A program made the translations under genes and the position numbers. Shown in pieces: positions 33,729-43,213 of a stretch of DNA of 64,000 nt. Each line of letters starts with the position of its first letter. The first letter of the stretch is position 1. This stretch comes from Cyanophyceae cyanobacterium (lineage in GTDB: Bacteria > Cyanobacteriota > Cyanobacteriia > Cyanobacteriales > JBHJGN01): positions 1-64,000 of the forward strand of contig JBHJGN010000011.1 in assembly GCA_050331735.1 (NCBI GenBank), read 5' to 3'. Under the pieces are notes generated by a model. That model made no database searches and was not told the DNA's origin. It was given only the letters and a program-made list of their open reading frames with translations.

Positions 33729-34199
33729 CTATGCTTTCCTAGATACTCCGCGCTTTTCCAAATATTGCTGATGATGTTCGTCGGCTAAGTAATAGTCGGA
33801 AGCGGGTTTGATTTCTGTGACAATCTCCTTATCAAACCGACCAGACACCTGAAGCTGACGCTTAGATTTGTGCGCGACTTGTTTCTGTTGCAGGGTATGA
33901 ACAAAGATGACGGACCTGTACTGTTCTCCGCGGTCCGGACCCTGCCGGTTAAGGCTAGTGGGATCGTGAATATTCCAAAATACTTCTAGCAGGTCTTCGT
34001 AAGCGATCTGCTCTGGATCGTATTTTACTTGAGCAACCTCGGCATGACCCGTAATTCTAGACAGGATATCTAGATAAGAAGGATTAGGAAAATGCCCTCC
34101 CATGTAGCCAACTGAGGTATTAACAACTCCCTGAAGCTGGCGAAATGCGGCTTCTACTCCCCAAAAACAGCCGCCTCCAAACGTTGCTGTTTCTACCAT
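33729..34199 (-). CDS. msrA: Peptide methionine sulfoxide reductase A
   Basis: GCFWG, TGHAE, HDPT..NRQG.D.G.QYRS, HQQYL. Confidence 0.95.
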   Translation of the reverse strand: MVETATFGGGCFWGVEAAFRQLQGVVNTSVGYMGGHFPNPSYLDILSRITGHAEVAQVKYDPEQIAYEDLLEVFWNIHDPTSLNRQGPDRGEQYRSVIFVHTLQQKQVAHKSKRQLQVSGRFDKEIVTEIKPASDYYLADEHHQQYLEKRGVSRKA

Positions 34200-34462
34200 T
34201 AACTAGCAACCGCCCAAGCGTAAGTGAGAATCGCCAAGAAAGCGACTCCAGTGATCGTCTCGTGTTGCTCTCGCCACAAGCGGCGCAGGCTGTCCGTTAA
34301 GCAACTCAAGGCCGCACGACGCTCCCGACCTAGTTCCGCCATCAGTTCAGACACTCTCCGGTCAACCTCTTCTAAAGACACTTCTCCGCGCTGATAAGCG
34401 GCTTCTAATTCGTCTAGTTTTTTCCAGTAGTCCTTTGTTGCTGTCAGTAAATTCGGAAACAT
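34199..34462 (-). CDS. Small hypothetical protein, coiled coil plus C-terminal TM
   Basis: Open frame whose stop overlaps the msrA start; hydrophobic tail. Confidence 0.6.
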   Translation of the reverse strand: MFPNLLTATKDYWKKLDELEAAYQRGEVSLEEVDRRVSELMAELGRERRAALSCLTDSLRRLWREQHETITGVAFLAILTYAWAVAS

Positions 34463-34836
34463 TAATAAACTTACGTTACTTTTCTTCATCTAATGTAACA
34501 ATTGCGGGATTGATGTTTCATCTTCACAGAGGCAGAGCAGCACCGTGGGCGCGGGGAAGTTGGTCGCTCCGCGACGGGAAAATAGTTGCTGCGTCAGGGG
34601 GGAAAGCAGGGACCGGGACTTGAACACTGATACTGAAGCCATAGCAGCCTTTCGGACAGCGATGGCTTGTCATTTTGTGAGTTGGCTCAATAAAAATCGG
34701 GACGTATTTGTTGCTTACAAAGCTAGGTTAGGCTTTGTTGGGTCTGAGAATTTATTTAAAAGCAGTTATGGTGTTAAGCAGTGATCAATTAGATGCCAGT
34801 AAAGATGACGGTGGCTATCCTGCTGCCTAGCTTCAA

Positions 34837-36150
34837 GTGAGGAGAGAAATCTTGCAGCAACCGCTCTTAGCTAAACTAGTGCGTGGTGCTGGAGCAGCAT
34901 TGACAATCCAAGTCATCAGTGCCGGAGCTATCTATAGCTTGCAGGTGCTATTAGCCCGCTGGATGGGAACGGCTGAGTACGGAATTTATGACTATGCTAC
35001 CGCTGTTGGTGTTTTTCTCGCTTTTATTGCCGGATTAGGATTGCCCTCTGCGGTATTGCGATTTATCCCGCAATATGCTGCCCATCAAGATTGGGCTCAT
35101 TTGCGGGGAATTATGTGGGGCAGTTGGCAGCAGACTGTGATTGTCAGCATTTTGACCTCGAGCGGTGGAACAGCCATTTTGTTGATGATGAATGCGGCTC
35201 AGAGTTTAGAAGATTATACAGTTCCGCTCATTGTCGGGATCTGGACGCTCCCCACTGTAGCCTTAGCCAACCTCCAAAAGGAAATTGTCCGCGCTTGTGG
35301 GCAGATTGCCATCGCCTATGCCCCATCGCTGATTATTCATCCACTATTGCTGATGAGCATCGCCTTTCTCTGGCAGAGGCGGCAGCAGCTTACGGGGACA
35401 GCAACGCTGACCCTCTCACTACTGGCAGCGCTGCTGGCTTTAGCCATGCAGTTGGTGCTGTTTCAGCAAAACTTAGACACCAGAATCCGCACCGTTCGTC
35501 CCGCTTATGCCATCGTTGAGTGGTGGCAGGTGGCACTGCCGTTAATGTTCCTCGATGGTTCCCATATGGTGCTGAGCCAAACCGATACCCTGATGATTGG
35601 AGCCTTGTTGAACGCTGAACAGGTAGGCATCTACAGCGCTGCTCTCAAAACCTCGCTGTGGGTTCCGTTTATTCTCAGCGCCGTCAATGCGATCGCCGCT
35701 CCGATGTTTGCTTCTCTCTCTGCTCAAGGCGATCGCCGCAGTCTTCAGCAGCTAGTCTCCACCGTTGCCCGCTGGATGTTTTATCCAGCCTTAGCCATTG
35801 CGCTTGCATTGATCGGCTTTGCCGAACCGGTGCTGCAATTATTTGGCCCAGAATTTACGGCAGCTAGAGGAGCATTAATCATTCTCATCCTCGGACAGCT
35901 TGTTAATGTGGGAGCCGGATCGGTTGGGTATTTAATGATGATGACGGGGCATCATACGCAGTCAGCGTTGGTGATGGGAGCTAGTGCTGGTGTAAACGTG
36001 ATTTTAAACCTGATTGGCATTCATCTTTTTGGAATCGTCGGGGCAGCACTGGCAACGGCTTTATCAATGGCGCTATGGAACGTTTGGCTTCACGCTTTGG
36101 TCGTGCAGCGTCTTGGTGTTCGTCCCTCTATTCTAGCTGCCTGGCGCTAA
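34837..36150 (+). CDS. Polysaccharide flippase (Wzx/MOP family)
   Basis: LARWMG..EYG, TDTLMIG...VGIYS, many TM helices. Confidence 0.88.
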   Translation: MRREILQQPLLAKLVRGAGAALTIQVISAGAIYSLQVLLARWMGTAEYGIYDYATAVGVFLAFIAGLGLPSAVLRFIPQYAAHQDWAHLRGIMWGSWQQTVIVSILTSSGGTAILLMMNAAQSLEDYTVPLIVGIWTLPTVALANLQKEIVRACGQIAIAYAPSLIIHPLLLMSIAFLWQRRQQLTGTATLTLSLLAALLALAMQLVLFQQNLDTRIRTVRPAYAIVEWWQVALPLMFLDGSHMVLSQTDTLMIGALLNAEQVGIYSAALKTSLWVPFILSAVNAIAAPMFASLSAQGDRRSLQQLVSTVARWMFYPALAIALALIGFAEPVLQLFGPEFTAARGALIILILGQLVNVGAGSVGYLMMMTGHHTQSALVMGASAGVNVILNLIGIHLFGIVGAALATALSMALWNVWLHALVVQRLGVRPSILAAWR

Positions 36151-36425
36151 GCTCCGTTGAATATCTGACTCTGTTTGAATCTGTTGCTTGTAATTAAGCA
36201 GTACCAAATAGTGATGTTGATTTTCTGGTTGAATTTTCTTGACCTGTAGGACTATTTGGTCTCTTTCAGGTTAAGTATTACTTAGAGTCTGTTCTCGCCA
36301 TTGGAGTCTAATTGAAGTGCTACTCTCAACCGTTAAAAGAGCTGTTTGGAGGAAAGCGTCTCCCTTCCTACAGTACAATCAAAAAATATCAAAATTTGCT
36401 TGATTGAAAATTTATTCAAATATTA

Positions 36426-37028
36426 TTAAATAGGACTAAATAAAACAGAATTACTCAAAGATTTTGCTTCAACTCCTAATACAGTAGTTAAAGTTTCATT
36501 ATTGCCACTAATGATAGTATTATTATCACTGGTGACAAAGCTTAATTGCTCAAAACTTAGACTATTCCATAATTTGAAGGAATCTTCTAACTCATTAAAA
36601 TCGTGAATTATATCAGCACCTTCACCTACAGCAAGAACAAATTTATCTGCACCTTGTCCGCCGTAGAGATTATCATTTCCCAAACCACCATATAGCAAGT
36701 CATCTCCTCCGTTACCAATGAGATTATCGTTGCCATTTAAACCAAAGAGAATATTACTGTCTAAGTTACCTTGAAGATTGTTATTCTCAGGAGTTCCTTG
36801 AATGTCTGGTTCGACGCTGGGGTTAGCCATGAAAGCACTGTCAACGAACTCATAAATATCTGGAGTCGCAAAAATATGTAAGTGATAGGTAAACTTCTTA
36901 GAACTACCATCAGCTACATCTACCTGGTGACTCTCCTTGATGTAAGTGTCACGCCAGTCTTCATCAGAAAGGCGTACCCCCATTCTCAAAAACCTCGACA
37001 TTGAAGTTATCACTTTATCTAACTTCAC
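36426..37028 (-). CDS. RTX/hemolysin-type calcium-binding repeat protein, possibly a fragment
   Basis: GLNGNDNL, GNGGDDLL, GGLGNDNL, GGQGADKF nonapeptides; GADIIHDF. Confidence 0.7.
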   Translation of the reverse strand: MKLDKVITSMSRFLRMGVRLSDEDWRDTYIKESHQVDVADGSSKKFTYHLHIFATPDIYEFVDSAFMANPSVEPDIQGTPENNNLQGNLDSNILFGLNGNDNLIGNGGDDLLYGGLGNDNLYGGQGADKFVLAVGEGADIIHDFNELEDSFKLWNSLSFEQLSFVTSDNNTIISGNNETLTTVLGVEAKSLSNSVLFSPI

Positions 37029-37101
37029 ACAGCTGAGTTTTTCAACCCTGCCCTACTTAGCTTTTGCTAATCCATTAATACGAAATCTGCTTCTGACAAT
37101 T

Positions 37102-38019
37102 TTACTCTGATTGGGAAACCGTTCTGGCAACTTCTCGAAACTGTCTTAAGATATTCGATGAACTATGGCGATGCCAGAACATCATAGTGCGAATAGTAGA
37201 TGTGAAACCTTCAATATCTTTATAGATGACTCCTTTCCTTTTAAGATTAAGCACGTTAGTGGGAAGTAAGCTAATTCCCATTCCTCCAGCAACCAAGCCC
37301 AACACTGTAATCATGTTGGTTGCTTCCTGAGTAATGTGTGGGACAAATCCAACTCGATTGAGTAAAAGATGAATTTGTTCTGATAAGCCAGAAAAAGACT
37401 GGCGAGTAGGAAGAACAAACCTTTCGTTTGCTAGTACCTGCAAAGGAATTGTTGATTGAGTTCTTAAAGGATGATCTTCAGGCAAGATTAAAACTAATGG
37501 TTCTGTGAGAACCGTTAAATAATTTAAATCTTCCTGTTTAATAGCTTTTTCGTTGGGATGAAAAAAAGCCACATCAAGTTGCTCCTTTAGTAATCCTTCA
37601 ATTTGGTCGTCACACGCCATTTGGCGGCAGTTGAGTTTGACTTCAGGAGAACTGGTGCGGAAAGCATTCAATATATCTGGGAGAATCCCATTAGCGATTG
37701 AACTGGTGAAACCTATATTTAAGTTGCCTACCTCACCTCGATTGAGCTTTTGAGTTAAGTGTATTGCCTGTTCTAATCGAATTAGTATTGAACGGGCTTC
37801 TGCTAAAAATATACTCCCAGCTTGTGTTAGCTCTAAAGGGCGTTTTTTACGATTCAACAATAGACCATCGACCTTCTTCTCCAAAGCCTTGATCTTATTG
37901 CTTAGTTGAGGTTGTGTTGTATGCAGTCTTTCTGCTGCGTGAGTAAAATTACGTTCTTCAGCAACTGCAATAAAGAACTCAAGGTGTTGTAGATCTACTC
38001 CAAGTCGATGCAAATTCAT
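37102..38019 (-). CDS. LysR-family transcriptional regulator
   Basis: AVAEERNFTHAAERLHTTQPQLS HTH; LVAGGMGISLLP. Confidence 0.95.
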   Translation of the reverse strand: MNLHRLGVDLQHLEFFIAVAEERNFTHAAERLHTTQPQLSNKIKALEKKVDGLLLNRKKRPLELTQAGSIFLAEARSILIRLEQAIHLTQKLNRGEVGNLNIGFTSSIANGILPDILNAFRTSSPEVKLNCRQMACDDQIEGLLKEQLDVAFFHPNEKAIKQEDLNYLTVLTEPLVLILPEDHPLRTQSTIPLQVLANERFVLPTRQSFSGLSEQIHLLLNRVGFVPHITQEATNMITVLGLVAGGMGISLLPTNVLNLKRKGVIYKDIEGFTSTIRTMMFWHRHSSSNILRQFREVARTVSQSE

Positions 38020-38164
38020 AAAACAGGTGATACTATATGAATGCGTGTATAGTAGCATACGTTTTATGTTATTGACGGTATAGTAAAAGTTTCGCTCTAA
38101 TTAGGTAAGTTCATTCGAGTTGTCAAAACGACTCTGATTTAATAGTTAAAGCGAGATTTGTACA

Positions 38165-39076
38165 ATGTCTGATAAAAGTTTAAATCGGGTGGCAATAATA
38201 GGTGGAACTCATGGAGCCGAATTGACGGGAGCGTACCTAGTAAAGAAGTTCGAGCGTTTTCCTCATCTAGTTAAACGTTCTAGCTTTGAGACGGTGACTC
38301 TCTTAGCTAATCCACGTGCCTTCAAAGCGGGAACGAGATATATTCATAAAGATTTAAATAGGTCTTTTTCCCTAGAAGATCTAAACAACACGAACCTTTC
38401 CACTTATGAAGATCTTAGAGCCAAGGAAATCTATGGTCTTTTAGTGAATAACGAAAAAAGCAAAGTTGATTTCATCATCGACCTTCATAGCACCACTGCA
38501 AATATGGGGTTAACAGTTATTCTAGGAAAGCTATGGAAAGAGCCATTGATTCTTAATCTAGCGGCATACTTGACCGATGTGAACTCTTTAGTTAAGCTTT
38601 TCAACTGGTCTAACACGCAGAACAATTCATTCCTAAGATCAATATGCCCCAGAAACATTGCTATAGAAGTCGGCTCTATAGCGCACGGTACACTAAATCC
38701 TTGGTATTTCGAGAAGACTGAAAAGCTTATTCTTACAATACTTGATTTTCTAGAACTTTATAATCAAAAGCCTGTCAAGCCTACTACTTCTCAAATCACA
38801 GTTTTTAAAGGAAAAGACATTTTGGATTATCCTCGTAACCCCAACGGAGAGTTAGAAGCAATGATACACCCAAATTTAATAGCTAAAGATTACAAAGCTC
38901 TAAACCCTGGAGATCCTCTATTTCAGTCATTTCAGTTATCTGAAAATCAGACAATAACTTATCAAGGTTCATCAACTGTATTTCCTACATTTATTGGAGA
39001 AGCCAGTTACCAGGAAAAAGGAATGGCAATGTGCCTAGCTGATAAACAGGAAGTTGATTTAAGAGAAAATTTATGA
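38165..39076 (+). CDS. Aspartoacylase-family deacylase
   Basis: GGTHGAE, DLNR.F, IDLHSTT..MG, IEVG, DYPR, F..EASY.EK. Confidence 0.9.
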   Translation: MSDKSLNRVAIIGGTHGAELTGAYLVKKFERFPHLVKRSSFETVTLLANPRAFKAGTRYIHKDLNRSFSLEDLNNTNLSTYEDLRAKEIYGLLVNNEKSKVDFIIDLHSTTANMGLTVILGKLWKEPLILNLAAYLTDVNSLVKLFNWSNTQNNSFLRSICPRNIAIEVGSIAHGTLNPWYFEKTEKLILTILDFLELYNQKPVKPTTSQITVFKGKDILDYPRNPNGELEAMIHPNLIAKDYKALNPGDPLFQSFQLSENQTITYQGSSTVFPTFIGEASYQEKGMAMCLADKQEVDLRENL

Positions 39077-39193
39077 CTAGAGTAGCACAAATGCCACTAA
39101 TTTATAGTAGGTAAACATAGTCCGAAAATACTCATCTTCAAAATAGCCAACTGTAAATTTTGCATCGTTTTTAAACTTATTGGAGGTCAAAAA

Positions 39194-39690
39194 ATGAGAT
39201 TATCTTCTTTGAGTAAAACTTTTGTCATTGCTGGTAGCATTGCTATTGGAACATGGTTTGAACAAGAGCCAAAAGCATTTGCGCTACCTCAGCAGCAGGT
39301 AGTTCAAACACTACAACCCATTACAGTATTTGGAGTTGCTGACTCTAAAGGAACGCAATTATTTCATAAGAGAGAAAATGAAGTTATCGAAATAAAATTG
39401 TTTGTTAGTCAGCAAGATACCGCTCGCTATATTGAAAACTTACAAACTCAAAATTCTCAACTAGCAAATCAAATGCAGATTGTCTCATATTCCTTGGGAG
39501 ATCTGTACGAAATCAATATGCAAGCCAACGGAGGACAAAACGGGGTACTTTTTACTTTTGTACCAGCACAAGCAAAAGTATAGATAGCGCAACAACTTTT
39601 TAGAGAGAATGGCATTGAATATGATGGAGGTGTACCCTTATACCTGATCAAATCAAAAAGTGGACAGAGAATTCAATATGTTAAATTTAA
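39194..39690 (+). pseudogene. Tic22-family protein, interrupted and truncated
   Basis: Signal peptide, ALPQQQVVQTLQPITVF..., FTFVP; TAG at 39581-39583, then homology resumes (GVPLY) until the IS256 junction. Confidence 0.72.
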
Positions 39691-39972
39691 TCAAATTTTT
39701 CAATTTCCCCCAGAAATCCGCCGGATTATCTACACTACCAATGCCATTGAATCAATGAACATGACTCTCAGAAAAGTGCTGAAGAATCACCGTATTTTTC
39801 CCACTGATGAGGCGGCACTCAAGGTCATCTATCTTGCCCTTGAGCACTTGTCCCAGCGCTGGACAAGACCTTTACGAGATTGGAAAGCTGCCTTGAATCG
39901 GTTTGCTATCGAGTTTGAAGGACGACTTCCACTCTGACTTTCTTCCTTTGACACAATCTTATTGACAGATCC
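39691..39972 (+). mobile_element. IS256-family 3' fragment with right end
   Basis: FPPEIRRIIYTTNAIESMNMTLRK...W.AALNRFAIEFEGRL; terminus ACACAATCTTATTGACAGATCC. Confidence 0.87.
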
Positions 39973-40410
39973 TTCTTGAACGGTTCCAGGAAACGGCTGA
40001 TTGCTTAAGTGTGATTCAGACTTGTCGCTTTCAGGGTCGTTCTGTCGGGCATTTTTTCGCCTCCGCTTTGATAGCTACTGTTGGAGTTGGCGATCGCCCT
40101 TCTTTAATTCCTGATTTTGATACCTGAATTCTTACGAGTAGGCTTACCTGGCATCGCTGAATGGGTAATGTTTTCGATCTGATTGTCAACGAAGAACATG
40201 GATCGTAGACGACATCAATCCTGGTTAATATTTCCTAATCAGCAATGCGGTCAGTCTTTATGCTATTCCAAGTCTTTGAAGATGCTCTATTCGTCTTCTC
40301 CTTCACTATCTCAAGTTTCACTCGGTTGCTCTGAGCACCTGAAATATTACTATTCAGCAACGCCCTCAGTTCTACCCCAATTACTTGCTCCTTAGTTTAA
40401 CAACATAAAT

Positions 40411-41307
40411 TTAGATAGGTTCAAATATTTCTATTTTTCCGAGAGTAGATTGATTGTTGCTTTTATCGTATTCGTTACGATTTACGTGCAAAAAGCTTCC
40501 GTCAGAACGCCAATATATACTGCTAACAGAAATAACTTGACCTTGGGAGTCTTTGAGGATTAAGAATCCGTCAGCATATCCAGCATTGACGTATTCCCAA
40601 GTTCCAGAGAGTTGGGTTCTATCTATAAAAGAATCGTGAAGAGAACTACCATAGACAAGGTTCGCTTTTTTTCTTGCATATTGAAATGTTCCATCAGATT
40701 TTAATTCGATTCTCTCTTGAGTAAGAGTCACCGATTCACTAAGGGAGGCAAACCCGCTATCAGTTCTTTTTGTACCGAAGATATTCCAAGTTCCCAATAA
40801 TTGGCTTGCAGATAAGTTATTGTTTTGACTAACTCTCTGCCATTTATCTTCTTCATTAGCTTGATAATGAAATTCGTCGTCAGATATAAATTCTATAGCG
40901 CTCTCTTTTTCCTCACCATCTTCTGATTTTTTATATAGAGTACCGTCAGAAAACTGCCAAGTTCCTGTACCAAGAATAAACCAGTGTACATCTCTTATTG
41001 TAGCAATACTAAAGTAAGTGCCATCTGGCTGATAAAAAACGATCAAATCAACTTTTTCGCCGTCAAAAATTGTTGAAGAAAACCAACCGCCAACTAATGA
41101 CTTAGAAGATGACTTTTTGTCATTAGTTTTATAGCTAAAATTTTTAACTTTGCTTATTTCTTTAAATCTATTATTTTTATTTGCTTTAGCAAGAAGAAGC
41201 GATTTTTCTAAATTTGTGCCTGTGACCGTTTCTACCTCGTTTAGGAAAATCAAACCGCTACATATCAAAAAAATAAGCAGGGACGGTTTTATCATGAGCT
41301 TATTCAT
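40411..41307 (-). CDS. Hypothetical exported protein with two lipocalin-like beta repeats
   Basis: Signal-like N-terminus; LVGGW...GTWQ and LLGTW...GTWE duplicated pattern; AT-rich. Confidence 0.6.
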   Translation of the reverse strand: MNKLMIKPSLLIFLICSGLIFLNEVETVTGTNLEKSLLLAKANKNNRFKEISKVKNFSYKTNDKKSSSKSLVGGWFSSTIFDGEKVDLIVFYQPDGTYFSIATIRDVHWFILGTGTWQFSDGTLYKKSEDGEEKESAIEFISDDEFHYQANEEDKWQRVSQNNNLSASQLLGTWNIFGTKRTDSGFASLSESVTLTQERIELKSDGTFQYARKKANLVYGSSLHDSFIDRTQLSGTWEYVNAGYADGFLILKDSQGQVISVSSIYWRSDGSFLHVNRNEYDKSNNQSTLGKIEIFEPI

Positions 41308-41357
41308 AATGTTATCGCTGCCGTGATTGTGGTCGTCAATTTATTAAATCACCGACA

Positions 41358-41903
41358 AATCGCCCTTACCCAGAGGAGGTCAAACAACTGTGCCTGAAGA
41401 TGTATCATAACGGCATGGGTTTAAGAGGGATTGCACGAGTGACAGGAATTCATCATACAACAGCGATGCATCACCGCAGAAGCCGGGTTAAAGTTATCCG
41501 ATGCTTCCGAAGCAGACGAAATCCCTGAAATAGCCGAGATAGACGTTAGCGAAGCTCCTCTGAAAGAGGCACTACCAACCCCGGTCCGGGGTGCATTCCG
41601 CACCTACTGGCAGCCAGGAATCAACTTATGGACAGTCGGCGACCGCAGTAGTGCTAGTTTTCAGAGGCTTTGGTTCACCATCAAATGCTGGCATAGCTTT
41701 TGGTATGTCACTGATGGTGGAAAATTTACCCTAAATTCATTGCTCCTGAAGACTGCCGACCCAGCCTGAAGGCCTTCAGGCTGGAAAGCGGCAGTGCATT
41801 CCGCACCATCTGATTAGCAAAACCTACATGACCAGAGTTGAGGGCGAAAATACTAGATTGCGACACTACTTAGCTCATTTACATCATCAGACTTTATGCT
41901 ATT
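41358..41903 (+). mobile_element. Degraded IS1-family transposase remnant
   Basis: EEVKQLCLKMYHNGMGLRGIARVTGIHHTT...IPEIAEID...GDRS...WYVTDG...SKTYMTRVEGENTRLRHYLA..H..TLCYS across frameshifts and inserts. Confidence 0.85.
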
Positions 41904-42076
41904 CGGGGTTCGGGTAGCAGAGGAACCGATAACAACGCTAAGCCGTCCAGTTTTCTGGACAAAATAGCTCGATGCTTTACACCATCAAGCTATAGCGGTG
42001 GCAAGCCCATCTTTTCTCTCAAAATAGCTCGTTGTTCGTGCTGACTAAGAAACGCAGCGCTGCGATCGCCACCTGA

Positions 42077-42466
42077 CAAGCATTTGCTCAACACCTAAAA
42101 CCCCATAGACGAATATTTATCGATTTAGCATTGCCTGTGGAATCTTTCAAAACTGAGAACACTGTTCAACAGCGAGAGCCTGTTAAATGCCTAGATGGTG
42201 CAGTAATTCTGATGCAAACATCATCATACATTGACTGGATAGAACAAATCGAACATACTTTTATTCGCTACGAGAAATGGAAAGACGGCAAGCTAATTGA
42301 TACAGAACTACAGCATCTTCCCCTACATTGGTTCGGACGAGAGGAATTTATCATGCGTTTGCGAGAGAATGGTTACACTGATATAACGCTCTGTGCTAAC
42401 TACACAAACGGTTCAAAACCAGATTCCCATCACGATCAATTTTGTTTTTCAGCCACCCTTGCCTGA
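42077..42466 (+). pseudogene. C-terminal fragment of a class I SAM methyltransferase
   Basis: AFAQHLKP..RIFIDL...RYEKWKDGKLIDTELQ...LHWF..EEF...L...G; no N-terminal SAM motif. Confidence 0.55.
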
Positions 42467-42497
42467 AACTCCTCACGAATAGAATTGGAGTAGACGC

Positions 42498-42803
42498 TTG
42501 AACACAATACTGATGCAAAAATTGGAAGTGCTATCGATAGTCAGGTTCCACCAAGAGCAACTACAAGGCCTAGGCGTTAAATCTCTAACATTGTTCGGGT
42601 CTGTTGCCCGTAATCAGGCAGGACCGAACAGCGATGTTGATTTCCTCGTTGAGTTTTCTCGACCTATAGGTCTATTCGGTCTCTTTCAAGTTCAGCACTA
42701 TCTAGAGTCTGTTCTTGGCTGTTCCGTCGATCTTGGCACTATTAAAGCACTAAAAACTCATCTACGAGAGCCTGTTTTAAAGGATATTGTTCGTGTCTTC
42801 TAG
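42498..42803 (+). CDS. mntA: MNT antitoxin (minimal nucleotidyltransferase)
   Basis: LFGSVAR...SDVD (GSx10DxD), VDL. Confidence 0.9.
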   Translation: MNTILMQKLEVLSIVRFHQEQLQGLGVKSLTLFGSVARNQAGPNSDVDFLVEFSRPIGLFGLFQVQHYLESVLGCSVDLGTIKALKTHLREPVLKDIVRVF

Positions 42804-43152
42804 AAATTGGTTATTGCGAGTCAAGGATATTCTAGATGCCATTAATAGTATTCAAGAATGTACGAAGGATAAAACCTTTACAGAATTTGCAGCCAACATG
42901 CTTCTTGTTAAAGCAGTTCTTTATGACTTTATCGTTATTGGGGAAGCAGCCGTTAGTATCCCAGCAGAAGTACAGGCAAAGACACCTGAAATACCTTGGC
43001 GGCTTATGGGTGATATGCGAAACGTAGTGGCTCATGAATACTTACGCGTTGAGCCAGAAATCATTTGGGATACGGTCAACAATAATCTTCCTAGCCTAAT
43101 CGAGCCATTACAAAAGCTCTTGGAAGCTAATGAGGCGGAGGATAGCTGCTGA
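42793..43152 (+). CDS. hepT: HEPN (DUF86) RNase toxin
   Basis: IGEAA, IPW..M..MRNVVAHEY (Rx4H); overlaps mntA. Confidence 0.9.
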   Translation: MSSRNWLLRVKDILDAINSIQECTKDKTFTEFAANMLLVKAVLYDFIVIGEAAVSIPAEVQAKTPEIPWRLMGDMRNVVAHEYLRVEPEIIWDTVNNNLPSLIEPLQKLLEANEAEDSC

Positions 43153-43213
43153 ACGCAACAAAAATGCCTTCCTCCTGGAAGAGAAAGGCATTAACAAAAA
43201 AAGTATATCGGTC

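Noticed and set aside
39973..40400. Possible gene or ncRNA between IS256 and the exported protein
   Set aside because: Only short ORFs without motifs, and no structure I could support
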